Counted from the stretch's first letter, positions 25,776-37,003 are shown. The stretch is 64,000 nt of DNA from Felis catus (GCF_018350175.1 NC_058382.1:11532001-11596000); one strand, 5' to 3'. Translations and numbers: made by a program. Notes: generated by a model not told the origin, from the letters alone.

Positions 25776-26003
25776 CAGTGTTTCTCAAGCAGGGGTGATT
25801 TTGCCCCCCCCCCCGGGGGGGGATACTTAGCAACATCTGGGACATTTTTGACGGCCACAACTGGGGAGAGGTACGTGTGTTACTGACATCTAGTGTGCAG
25901 AGGCCGGAGATGCTCTGAACACCCCACGATGTGCGGGACAGCCCCTCACAACACATAATTAACCGACCCAAAATGTCAATAGTGCTGAGGCTGGGAAATA
26001 CTA
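25776..26003 (+). mobile_element. MER20 (hAT-Charlie) DNA transposon relic
   Basis: cagtgtttctcaagcaggggtgattttgcccc...aaaatgtcaatagtgctgaggctgggaaa matches the MER20 consensus as recalled. Confidence 0.85.
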
Positions 26004-27199
26004 ATCTATCTAGCCTGAAGAAAATTCAGACCACGCAAGGCCTTGATCTACTAAAGAATTTGCACTTTACCTTGAAGGCAAAGGAAGAAGTCTTGAAAGG
26101 TTTTAAGCAGAGGTGAGACAAAAGAAAAATCAGGGGGTCCCTGGAAGCCTGGCAATCAAGGGAACCTGAGCCCTGGTCTCTCTGACCACCCCCGATCCAG
26201 TAACCAGCAGAAACTCAGAGGGGGAAAAGATCTTTCAGCAAGACTGGGAAGCCCCTGATGACAGGGACTCTGCCTTCATTCTAGAGTTAACTCAACAAAT
26301 ATTTTCTGAGGCCGCCCCCAGGCCAGGCCCTGGTTGCAGATGGTGAGCCAGGTATGTTGGGCTCAGTCACCAAATCTCATCTGGGTGGCCTCCCCAGGTG
26401 ATATTATTTGCTCTTCCTCTGGGCTCCCTCAGTCCCTGGCACAGACTTTTGTCACCACCCTAGTCATTCAGGGCTATAATTCTTTACATGCCAATCTTCT
26501 CTCCCACCCCACTGATGGCAGGGGCATGGCTGGAACCATCTTTGTGACCCATCACATGGCCGGCCACCCTGTGCAACCCCTCCACTTATCACTGGAGAAA
26601 TAAAGGCCCAAAGAAGGCAAGGAACTTGTCCAAGGTCACACAGAAAGTCAGCTTCATTCTTCCCTCTCAACCTGCACCTCCTCTCCCCGGTGCTGCCTCC
26701 CACATGTCAGTGACATCCCAGTGGGTGGGTCGACAGCACCTTGCTGTCACTCCATCCATTCCCTAAATGCCTGAAGGGTGGATGCCTGAACTAGTATGTT
26801 CTGCAGCTTGACTTTAGTTGAAACAGTAATGGGTCAGAAGTCACCACCACCTGGGCTAACCCCCCACCCCTTGGATTAGTTTCTGCTCAAAGCATAAACA
26901 CCCTTCCCAGTCCTGACCACCCTGGGTCAGCAATGTCTGGCTGGCTACACGGAATGGATCCCAAACCCAACCTGGGTGACCTTCTACAAGAGCCTTAGTC
27001 TCGCTCTTCCTTGGATTCCCGTCTGTAAAGTGGGTCTGTCGGTCTCCACCGCCCGTGCCCTTACCCACGATGACTACCTGACTTCCCCAGAGCTAGAAAA
27101 CTCCCAATCAATCAATGATTGCCCACATCTCAGGCACTGCGAGGGAGACTCTGAATGCCAGTCCACTTCAAGAACGGTCTTAGAGCCTGAATCGCAGAG

Positions 27200-28330
27200 T
27201 CGAGAACCAGGGCGCCTGGGTAGAAGTCTGCGCCCCTCCGCGCCACTGTCTCCCGGCTCGAGCCATGAGCCTGGTGGCCGCCCAGCGCGAGCGTGCAGGG
27301 GACCCGGCGTGCAACAGGGCCCCGCTCCCCGCACCGTCCGGCCTCCAGGACTGCCCGGCCCGCCTGGGCCCGGTACTCAAGGTCCCTCTGGGCAAGGAGC
27401 CCCCAGTGCACGGGATTCCGCGAAAAGGGGCAGGACACGCCCCGTGGGAGGCCCCCCGGGTGGGGAAGAACCCCTCAGGCCCCTCTCGGCCTCCGTACCT
27501 GACCGGAGCCGCCTCCCCCGGCCGCAACCACGGCGCTGCCGGCCCCGTCCGCCTCCTGCGCCGCCGCCATCTTCCCGCTCCGGGTCCCCGCCCCCGCCGC
27601 CAGCCCCGCCCCGTCCCCGACGGCGCCAGCGCGATCGCGCGAGATTTCACACTTCGCCGGGCCCGCCAGCTACCGTATCCGGCAAGACAGCTCAAGCCAC
27701 GCCTCTCAGAAGAGCCGCTTCCGGCTAAGAAAGAACCAGCCCGGCCACCGTACCCCAACCACCACCCTGCCGTACGTTTGTTTTCACCTAGTAGACCGTC
27801 ACCCTGCTTGGAACGCCCGGGCTTTCTCGGCCAGCGTATCAGCGTCCCACGGGCTCCATTCCCTTTGCTTCCTCGAGTTAATCTGCTTCTTCCATTTATA
27901 TGAAGGCTTGCAGGCCATCCTGCCTTCCTCGCTCGGCCGATTCTTCGAGTCGTTTCCGTTTTCGTGTTTCTTGAGCTTTCCCGGCCACCGTAACTCCTCA
28001 AAATGTTCTGCTCAATACACGCCCTTCGTGTGTTCAAGGAACCTCCCTGGCCGCGGTACCGAGACTCAGAGGGCGGGCCTTAGGCCAATGTCATCGCCTT
28101 CGGACCCCTCTTCCTAAAGGAACCATTTCCTCCAAGTCCCCTTAGGTTATAATTTTTCTGTGCATTCAAAGTTATTATTTCAGGGTTCTCACGGCCACCA
28201 CACCTTCAAATCGGACCCTGTCGTTCCCTTCCCAACCCTTCGGGCCACCGAGTTTACCCCGCACGCGCGTTTCCGGAGTGGTCTTTGCTTTCTAGCAATT
28301 TCGCAACTCTGGACTCGGCTTCAAGGGCTC
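27200..28330. promoter_or_regulatory. CpG island promoter of CLPTM1 with GC boxes (~27585-27615) and a YY1-type motif (AAGATGGCGG) overlapping the start codon
   Basis: High CpG density by eye; GGGGCGGGG repeats 5' of the ATG; plus-strand ccgccatctt at 27564-27573. Confidence 0.85.
27499..27570 (-). CDS. CLPTM1: CLPTM1 coding exon 1 (MAAAQEADGAGSAVVAAGGGGSGQ)
   Basis: AAGATGGCG start context; 72 bp; CAG|GTACGG donor; inside a CpG island. Confidence 0.96.
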
Positions 28331-29300
28331 TTAGAACTTCATCCTTTTTCTTAGCTATGTGTGTTTGTACAGTTCCAAGCCTGGACACGGGTTGAGTGAC
28401 CCCTGGTCTGGGGAGGATGGTATGGAGGACGGGAAAGGACAGAAGTCTGTCAGCGGCTGTTAAGCCTTACGTATGAATGGAGTGGAGGTGTTTAAACCCT
28501 GGTTGTGCTACTGACCATCTATACGATCCCAGACAAGCGACATTATCTCTTTGGGCCTCGGTTTCTTTTATAAACTAAGCATTTCCCTCCCGCTTTTGCC
28601 TCTCCGGGTTTTTGGAAAGACCTAGTGAGATCACTAATGTAAAGCACCTCCCACCCCCCCCCCACACACACACACACATACACACCTGCTCTTAGCAAGC
28701 GATCAATATTGTGCACTGTTATTATGAACCTTACATATTACCCGGAAGGGAGAGTAGGCTTTGCATTGGGATTCTCCAATTAACTTATTTCTCATTTTAT
28801 TGTTTACTTCCTTCACTTCCCTCTTAGTCCCAGCTCAGTAGTAATATCACCTCCTCCTGGAAACCCTCCCTGGCCCCCAGGCTGTGCCGGCACAGTCTCC
28901 TAGTCTTTCCAGATCCCAGGACTCCCCAGCTCCCCCCCTGCCCATTTTGTGTTATCGCTGTCAGGGATGGGTGTGGTGTGTCTTGCCGTGGGAGTGGGCG
29001 GGGAAGCCCAGGGCATTCACGGTCACTGCTCTGCCTCCAGCACTGCCCCAGGGGATGGTTGCTAAGTGAAAGGATGAAAGTCTGCGTGCAGCAGGTGGAT
29101 GACACACATCTGAGAGCCAACACAAAGGCAAGAAGGAACCTTAGAGAACATCTCGCCCAGTCCACTTCTCTCCCATATAATAAGGGTAGTGAGAACGATT
29201 CTCTAAAATTGTAGGCGCAGTCTAGGGATGAAATGAACATACTAAGTCCACCAGACATGAGGCAGACTGAGATTTGCCGGCCCCTTTCTCAAAAGTGCAT

Positions 29301-29765
29301 GGGGCGCCTGGGTGGCGCAGTCGGTTAAGCGTCCGCCTTCAGCCAGGTCACGATCTCGCGGTCCGGGAGTTCGAGCCCCGCGTCAGGCTCTGGGCTGATG
29401 GCTCAGAGCCTGGAGCCTGTTTCCGATTCTGTGTCTCCCTCTCTCTCTGCCCCTCCCCCGTTCATGCTCTGTCTCTCTCTGTCCCAAAAATAAATAAACG
29501 TTGAAAAAAAAATTAAAAAAAAAAAGGTGGAAAATTAGGGGCGCCTGGGTGGCTCAGTCGGTTGAGCATCCAACTTCAGCTCAGGGCATGATCTGACGCT
29601 TCATGGCTTGGAGCCCTACATCAGGCTCTCTGCTGTCAGCACAGAGTCTGCTTGGAGCCTCTGTCCACCCCTCCCCCTGCCCCTTCCCTGCTTGTGCTCA
29701 CTCTCTCTCCCAAAAATAAACACTAAAAACATTAATTAATTAATTAATTAATTAATTAATTAATT
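29301..29765 (+). mobile_element. Two tandem Can-SINEs (first is the young, CpG-rich type) ending in a (TTAA)n tract at 29731-29765
   Basis: SINE heads at 29301 and ~29538. Confidence 0.88.
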
Positions 29766-30087
29766 ATAAGTAACAGTGCAAAATTACGTGTGTAGTTTGT
29801 AATAGAGGACCACAGAAAGCCCAGGCAAGTGAAGGGCTTTGAAACTTAATCTTCTCTAGCTTCATGTAACCTCATCTCTGCTTTTAACTCTAGATATAAA
29901 AGCTCCAGTCGGCCCTCCTGTCTCATAAACTGCAGAGTCCCGATCTGTCGGAGCTTGAGGGTCAGTGAGCTAGACTGTGACCTTAGGACCCCTACAAAGC
30001 CCTCCCCCGTTTCTGTTGAATGACCAGAAAAGTTCTTCCATTTCTATTAACTGCTAATTGAATCACCGCCCAGGGCCACTCTGCACT

Positions 30088-30101
30088 CCACTAGGGGGCG
30101 C
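30088..30101 (+). promoter_or_regulatory. CTCF core motif CCACTAGGGGGCGC between APOC2 and CLPTM1
   Basis: Exact match to the CCASYAGRKGGCRS consensus; binding not shown. Confidence 0.7.
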
Positions 30102-31552
30102 CCAACACCAACCAGAGGCTGTGATTTCAGGTTCTAAGGGAGAAGAGAGCTGGAGCCCTGAACGTTTGGGTCCTGAGGAAAACGGGCTGGAGGTCCAGAC
30201 TCCTGAGTCCCAGGGAGAAGAAGTCTGGGGACCCAGACTCTTGCGTTGTGAGGCAAGAGGAGTCTAGGGGCCTGGACTCTGGGGTCCTAGGGCAATGGGA
30301 CTGGGGTGGAGGCCTGAGAAAGGAAGGAGGAATCTAGGAAGGGCACCAGGATTGGTTGGAAGCAGAACTGGCCTGGGCAGTCGTTTGGTTTGGCTTGAGT
30401 CCGTGGGAAACAAGTGGACAGAGCAGGGATTGTTCCTCTAGGGTCCCCCCTCCCCATCACCCCCTGGGTTTGGCAGCCTCAGCTCTTCCCAGGCCCTGGG
30501 GACTTGGGGGCATTTCCCACAATCCCTCCCCAAGGCCCCTGTTTTCTACTAGACTCACAGCTGCCCATCCTCAGGACCTGGGAAAACTGCCCCAAGAGCA
30601 CTGAAAGACTGGCTGGAGGTTAATGCCAAGCAGATTAGGAGAAACAGAGGCCCTGGATCCTCGGAGGCCAGCAGCCCCACCCCTGAGACTTGGGGGCCCC
30701 GGACCACCCTCTACTTCCTGAGGACCCAGAAGTCCAGATCCCCAGCCTTCTGCCCAGGGTCCCCAGCGCTGTCCTCTCTGACTGTACCATCTCTGCTCTT
30801 GTTCACCCTGGGCTTTTTGCCTACAATTCCCCCACTGCCCAGATACCATTTCCCAACCACTGACTGCCCCGCGGGGACCTGGGGGCCAAGCCAGTACCCT
30901 CCTCCCCGCCCCCCACTTCCCGGCATCAACAGCCCCAAACCACTGCACTGTGATGCATCCCCCCGTGACCAGCCCAGCCAGGATGCCCTCCCCTACCCCA
31001 GGGGCCTGCTCCCAGGCCTGGATCTCCTCACTTCTTCTTTTGTTCATTGCACATAATGTTACTTGAAGTCATCTCCTTTGGTCGTCGTCCTCCTCCTCCT
31101 CTGCTTCCTCCCTACTCCCCACCACCAGCCTCTCTGTTTGTGGCTTCAAGACGGAATAGAGCTCCTGACCCTGAGCGGGAGCTCAGGAAATGATATCGCT
31201 ATTGCTAATAAGGAGAGAGCAGCTAACAAAACATACCACAAAGCCATCAGCACTCAAGCTGAGTGGAATTGGGCCAGGACCCAATGAATAGCTTTTGGAA
31301 AGATCACAGAGGGCAGGACTCTCTGTCTTTCCCCTGTAGTGTCTCCTGAGCCTGGCAGGGTCTCAATAAATACTTGTGGGACAAGTGTGTAGGAATTGTC
31401 ACAGGGCACGGCTTTTACGGACCCATTCTCTTGGGTCCCAGACAAGCTGGGCGCTGACTTCCTATGCTCAGCAGTGACGTCTGGGCACCAGTCTCCCCCT
31501 GTCATAGGACCATTGGACACCTCACTGTGATGCACACTTAAAACATCAGCCC

Positions 31553-32250
31553 AGGGGCGCCTGGGTGGCTCAGTCGGTTAAGCGTCCGACTTCAGCTCAG
31601 GTCACGATCTTGCGGTTCACGAGTTCGAGCCCCGCGTCGGGCTCTGTGCTGACGGCTCAGAGCCTGGAGCCTGCTTCTGATTCTGTGTCTCCCTCTCTCT
31701 CTGCCCCTCCCCTGTTCATGCTCTCTCTCTGTCTCAAAAATAAATAAACGTTAAAAAAAAAATTAAAAAAAAAAAACAAAAACATCAGCCCAGGGGTGCC
31801 TGGGTGGCTCAGTGGGTTGAGCGTCTGACTCTGGCTCAGGTCATGATCCCACAGCTCTGTGAGTTCGAGCCCCGCATCAGGTTCTGTGCTGACGGCTTGG
31901 AGCCTGCTTTGGATTCTGGGTCTCCCTCTCTCTCTGCCCCTAACCCACTTGCATTCTGTCTCTGTCTCTCTCAAAAATAAATACACATGGGGCGCCTGGG
32001 TGGCGCAGTCGGTTAGGCGTCCGACTTCAGCCAGGTCACGATCTCGCGGTCCGCGAGTTCGAGCCCCGCGTCGGGCTCTGGGCTGACGGCTCGGAGCCTG
32101 GAGCCTGCTTCCGATTCTGTGTCTCCCTCTCTCTCTGCCCCTCCCCCGTTCATGCTCTGTCTCTCTCTGTCCCAAACATAAATAAACGTTGAAAAAAATT
32201 TAAAAATAAATACACATTAAAAAAAATAATGAATAAATAATAAACAAATA
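31553..32250 (+). mobile_element. Three tandem Can-SINEs with a re-used target site
   Basis: aaaacatcagcccagg occurs three times (31540, 31779, 32250); inner TSD aaaaataaatacacat at 31973 and 32202. Confidence 0.92.
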
Positions 32251-32672
32251 AAACATCAGCCCAGGGCCTAGAGACTGCCAGAGGCCACAGCAGGTTAGCG
32301 ATGTTCATGGTCGTTTTACGTGTGAGAAAGCCAGACCTTGGTGCAGGACAGTCTCTAATGTGGTTGTGACGATCCAATGTTATTATTCACCTCTTTATCC
32401 CCAATGATCGAGTTAGGGCTACATACGTCCAATGGGCACTCGATAAGTATTGGATGGACTGAATCAGTCCTGCCATCTTGGCCCTCTAAGGTCTTCGAAA
32501 AGCAACCAAATGGAAGAAAATAAATGTTTTTTGTTTTTAATTTATTTATAAGAAGTCAGGCTAGCATTGGGAACAGGATGCCGAGAGCTGCTAAGAAGTG
32601 AGGGGTAGGTCGCGGGAGCCAAGGAGTCCTGGGGTCTGGGCTCTCCCCTCCCCCACGGTCGGGGCCCAGCTG

Positions 32673-32763
32673 CTATGAGTCTCCCGACAGCATAGAAAGT
32701 ATCTGGTCAGTGAGAATCCCTGTGTAAATTCTCACGGCTGCTGTGCTTGTGCTGTACATGTCC
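32673..32763 (-). CDS. APOC2: APOC2 last coding exon ([29 protein letters not shown])
   Basis: CAG acceptor, TAG stop at 32673-32675; LPL-activating helix motif YTGI-TDQ; AATAAA (minus) at 32541-32546. Confidence 0.96.
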
Positions 32764-33002
32764 CTGGGGAGAAAGGACAGAGGCTCTGAGCAGGGAGGAG
32801 CCCCGGGTCTTGGGCCCCAGGTCTGAGGGAGGATGAGGCTTGGGGCCCAGAATCATGTGTCCTGTGAGGGATGGTGGCTGGAACCCAAACTCCTGGATCC
32901 CCAGGTAGGACAGGGCTGGGATCTCAGAATCCAGGGTTCCCACAGAGCTCGGGGCCCAGACTCCTGGTTCCCCTGGGTGGGGGGGGCGTGGCTTGTGGAT
33001 AC

Positions 33003-33162
33003 CTGATTTTCTCATCCACAGTGGTCAGATATGTCTTCTTGTATAGGTCCTGGGCGGCCGCTTTGGCTGAGCCCCAGTAGCCATAGAGTGATTCCTGCAT
33101 CTTGGAGAGCAGGGTGGGGCCCGTGGCTTCATCTTGCCGGGCCATGTCGTCCCCCTGGACAT
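33003..33162 (-). CDS. APOC2: APOC2 coding exon ([54 protein letters not shown])
   Basis: CAG/GTATCC boundaries; 160 bp. Confidence 0.96.
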
Positions 33163-33333
33163 CTGCAGAGGGAGGGTGCCTTAGGAGAGCTGAGGAACCA
33201 GCAGCAGGGGAGAATGAGGCAGGGAAGGAGGGGGACAGGGGTAGGGCCAGGCGAGAACTGGGCTGGGAAGATGCTTGGGGGGGGTCATCCCATCCCCCGC
33301 ACAGCCCCTCCGCCCCCTGCCGACCACACTCAC

Positions 33334-33388
33334 CGCATCTCAATACCAGAAGGACAAGAAGCGGAACCAGGAGGCATCGGGTGCCCAT
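33334..33388 (-). CDS. APOC2: APOC2 first coding exon, signal peptide ([18 protein letters not shown]); exon starts at 33401
   Basis: gccATGG Kozak; 55 bp coding; GTGAGT donor; 55+160+91 = 306 bp, 101 aa. Confidence 0.96.
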
Positions 33389-33892
33389 GGCGTCAGAAGA
33401 CCTGGAACACCGAGGAGGCTGTGGGACAGGGCCCCTGGTGACGTCTAGTCCTGGGGTCTCCCCCCCCCCCTCCCCGGAAACTCCAGGGGGAGAGGCTGGC
33501 TTCCCTGCCCCTCCACCTCCCCAGCTGAGTTCCGGGTGCTAATGCATTGGCTTGGGGCTCATCGTCTAACATTTCATGATTCTGCTCCTGATTTTAACAC
33601 CTTAATTCTAACATCCCCTCATTCACTCAGGAAGCACCTACTGTGTACCGAACACAGTTCTGGGGCCCAGCTGTGAACACAGCAACAGCCCCGCCTGTCT
33701 ACGAAGCCATTGTGAGAGAGATACACGATCAACAATATTAACTGAGTAAAATACACAGCGGGTCGTATGGTGGGGAGTGCTCTGGAGGGGGGAGGGTGTG
33801 TCACGGAGCCTGGTGAAAGCCTTAGCAGAGGGTGACACTTATGCCGAGACCCAGTCTGCAGGGTCCCAGGCTCAGTTAAGAACCCACCACTG

Positions 33893-34126
33893 GGGGTGCC
33901 TAGGTGGCTCTGTCCGTCCGTTGGGCGTCCGACTTCGACCTAGGTCATGATCTTGAGTTGGAGCCCCGTGTCGGGCTCTGTGCTGACAGCTCGGAGCCTG
34001 GAGCCTGCTTCGGAATCTGTGTTCCGCCCCCCCCCCCGCCCCTCCCCCCTGCACACTCTGTCTCTTTCTCGCGAAAATAAATAAACATTTAAAAAAATGT
34101 AAAACAATTTTTTTTTTAATAAAAAA
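33893..34126 (+). mobile_element. Can-SINE in APOC2 intron 1
   Basis: TSD aagaacccaccactg at 33878 and 34127. Confidence 0.9.
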
Positions 34127-34464
34127 AAGAACCCACCACTGGATGAGTAGGTAGGTTTCTGATGCCCTGGGCCCTGTTCTACATGCAATTCCATCTGTCT
34201 TCACCCCAACCCTATGACAGAGGCTCTCGGCTCTGAGGCACACGGTTCCCAGGCCCTGTTGTCATTTGCGATTTGGAGATAAGGTGGAGGTCAGACCCCG
34301 AGGGACATCAGCAGGGGGAAACAGTCTGTGATTCTAAATTCTGTGATCCCAACAGAGGAATCCAACGAATGTCGTGACTCTTGCGGTTTCTGATTTAATC
34401 GCCTCTGCCCCCTCCCCGCTGACCCTTCCCCTTTTCCATTTTTCCATTTCGGGCCCTCTCTTAC

Positions 34465-34583
34465 CCGACTCCGGCAGGCTGTCCTCACGGGCTCCACGCG
34501 TGCAGAGAAGGTCTTTATAGCCCTTGGGACCCACCTCCCCTCCGCAGCCACCACCCCCACCTTGTCCCCTAGGCCAAAGTCCT
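34465..34583 (-). promoter_or_regulatory. APOC2: APOC2 non-coding exon 1 (~34465-34490), TATAAA box (34514-34519) and HNF4-type DR1 site AGGCCAAAGTCCT (34571-34583)
   Basis: GTAAGA donor at 34464; motifs read directly; layout matches the human APOC2 promoter as recalled. Confidence 0.8.
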
Positions 34584-35089
34584 GGCCAACAGGACCGCTG
34601 AGGGGGTGGGGTGGGGCAGAGCGGGCAGTGACATCATCCCCGGGGTCAAGCCAGAGGGAGCCCCCCCCCCACCCCCCGCAAGGTTCTCTCCCGGGAGATA
34701 CAGGGGGCCAGGTGGGTGCTGTGGAGAGGTTGGGGGTCCTTGGGGTTCAGACCAGAAAAGGGGTCTGGGGTTTCCCCCACATAGGAAGCAAAGGCATAGG
34801 GGTCTCTGTGGGGACCTGCTGACCCCACCTTCACTCCAGCCTTCACCTTCCATCCCAAACTGAGTTGCCCGGTGTCTCCTGCCCCCCCACATTCCCACAG
34901 TGGTGGGTCTCAGGGCTGGGGGAAGGGATCATCCCCCCGACTCTTTCCCCTCAGGGTCCCCCCCCCACTGTCCCTCCCTTGCCAGGTGTCCCTTCCTCTA
35001 CTCATTAACTGCTGGGGGTGGTCACACTGGGGACGGATTAAGACAGGGACACAGAGAAGCATTTCTTTATTGTGGAGGCTGTAAACACT

Positions 35090-35255
35090 TTAATTCTTGT
35101 CACCGTCCCTGCACAGAAGCTGGGGGCACAGGCTGTGGGCCTTGTTCAGGAGGCTGTCCCTGGAGCTGCGGAGCCAGGCCTGGGTGCGGAGCCTCAGATC
35201 CTTCAGGTGGTCTTCGTAGTAGGCCTGCACAAAGCCCTGGAAGGCCTCAGGTCCC
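35090..35255 (-). CDS. APOC4: APOC4 coding exon 3 ([54 protein letters not shown])
   Basis: CAG acceptor, TAA stop; AATAAA (minus) at 35066-35071. Confidence 0.95.
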
Positions 35256-35430
35256 CTGCAGAGGAGGGACAAAACCGTGAGACCCCGGCAACTCCCAAGA
35301 CTCCCGCCCCCTTCATCCCCCCTCCCTCGGGCCTTACCCCACTCAGAGCCCAAGAGTGCGGGCCCTGCCCTTTTCCCCCCTCTGACCCGGGTTCTCCCGC
35401 TGACCGAGGGGTCTAGACTCTCAGCCTCGC

Positions 35431-35488
35431 CCCCCTCAGACCCAGGAGTCCAGGCCCCCAGCCCCTCCTCCCTCAGGCCCAGGAATCC
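35431..35488 (-). repeat. MSR1-type minisatellite units in APOC4 intron 2
   Basis: ccctcagacccaggagtccaggcccccagcccctcctccctcaggcccaggaatcc matches the ~37-bp MSR1 unit. Confidence 0.75.
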
Positions 35489-35517
35489 ACCCCCCAAGCC
35501 CTGCTGCACACACTCAC

Positions 35518-35647
35518 CAGAACCACTGCCACTTCTCTCTGGTCCTGGTCACCAGTGTCTTCACCTTGTCCTTCATCAGGCTCCAAGGACTATCCACCGG
35601 CTCCGGTGGCATACTGGGGGTTGCTGCAGGCACTTCTCGCTGGCATG
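35518..35647 (-). CDS. APOC4: APOC4 coding exon 2 ([44 protein letters not shown])
   Basis: TAG/GTGAGT boundaries; 130 bp; WQWFW motif. Confidence 0.95.
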
Positions 35648-36424
35648 CTAGGTGGGACCGGAGGGTAACATGGGTGGGCTGGGACCCAAGAATCCTTCCT
35701 CCTCCCTTCCCCTCCATGCTCGCCGTCACTATCGCTCCCGGTGGCCCAAGGGTGACCCCTTGACATCACTCCTGGTCTTCACCTTTTCTGTCCCTTTGAG
35801 CACTTGTCCCCCTTTGAGCCATCCGTCGATTCCTTGTCACCCTCCGTGCCCACGGCCCCTCCTGTCACCCCTCTGTCTGCCTGTGGCTTTTCCCCCTCAG
35901 TTTGCAGCCTCACCTCTTTGACTCCTGTCCCCCTCTCGAGGCCTCCTTTACTGTCCGATCTTGCTGCCCCCTCGGTTCTCCTGTGACACACACCCCGCCC
36001 CCCACGCTGTCCGAACCACCTCCGCATGCAGTGGAGGGAGAGCTCAGAGGACTTTCCAGCCCTAGGGAAGGAGGTTGGCAGGGCTGCGTCGTCCGTTCCT
36101 CCCCGGGGCCGGGGTCGTGCCTCGGAGGGCACTTTACGTCCTTGCACGCACCTCCCTGCGCGGCGCTCACGCCCCCCGGGGGGAAGCCTCACCTACAGAT
36201 CCCAGGCGTCACACGGGCGCACAGGCGCACGCATGCGCAGAAGCACCCATGGGCCCGGCAGTGTGCTCAAGCCAACGGTGCACATCTTCAAAACTCAGTT
36301 TCCCCTTCTCCAGAACGGGATAAGGCCAGGATTCCTGGGAGGACTTGGCGCTAACACCGAACACGCCTAAGGCACTAGGAATGGCCCCTTGCACATTGGA
36401 GGCACTACGTTAAGTGTTACCATT

Positions 36425-36646
36425 AAAAAAAATTTTTTTTTCAACGTTTATTTATTTTTGGGACAGAGAGAGACAGAGCATGAACGGGCGAGGGGCAGAG
36501 AGAGAGAGGGAGACACAGAATCGGAAACAGGCTCCAGGCTCTGAGTGGTCAGCCCAGAGCCCGACGCGGGGCTCGAACTCACGGACCGCGAGATCGTGAC
36601 CTGGCTGAAGTCGGACGCTTAACCGACTGCGCCACCCAGGCGCCCC
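36425..36646 (-). mobile_element. Young Can-SINE in APOC4 intron 1
   Basis: Intact CpGs; TSD aagtgttacc[a/g]tt at 36412 and 36647. Confidence 0.92.
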
Positions 36647-37003
36647 AAGTGTTACCGTTTTAAATGCGCGTGCAAAGCCGAGGCACGCTCGCACGCCAGC
36701 GCCTACAGACACCCTCACAGCGTCCACGCGCTCAAATCCTTGGCATAAATAACCCCGTACAGACACACGTGCACACACACATCTACCACTGTCGTTTGTA
36801 CCAGCCCCAAGGACACCCCTCGCGCACGGCCCCCGTGGACACGTTCGCCCGGAAACGCACACACATCTGCGTGCGTAGGACAAAGCACGCGAGCTCCAGG
36901 CCCGCGCGCGCGCGTCTACAACCCTGCGTGCCGTCCGGACCGTCACACTCACACCTCGCACGACTGCAGGGTCCCCGCGCCCGCCCATCCCTTCCTTCCT
37001 CAC

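Noticed and set aside
25804-25822. C11G8 self-complementary run
   Set aside because: Slippage expansion of the CCCCCCAGGGG segment of MER20; no sign of function.
27180-28037. 285-aa ORF across the CLPTM1 promoter
   Set aside because: Starts at TTG, spans a CpG island where stops are rare, and is out of frame with exon 1.
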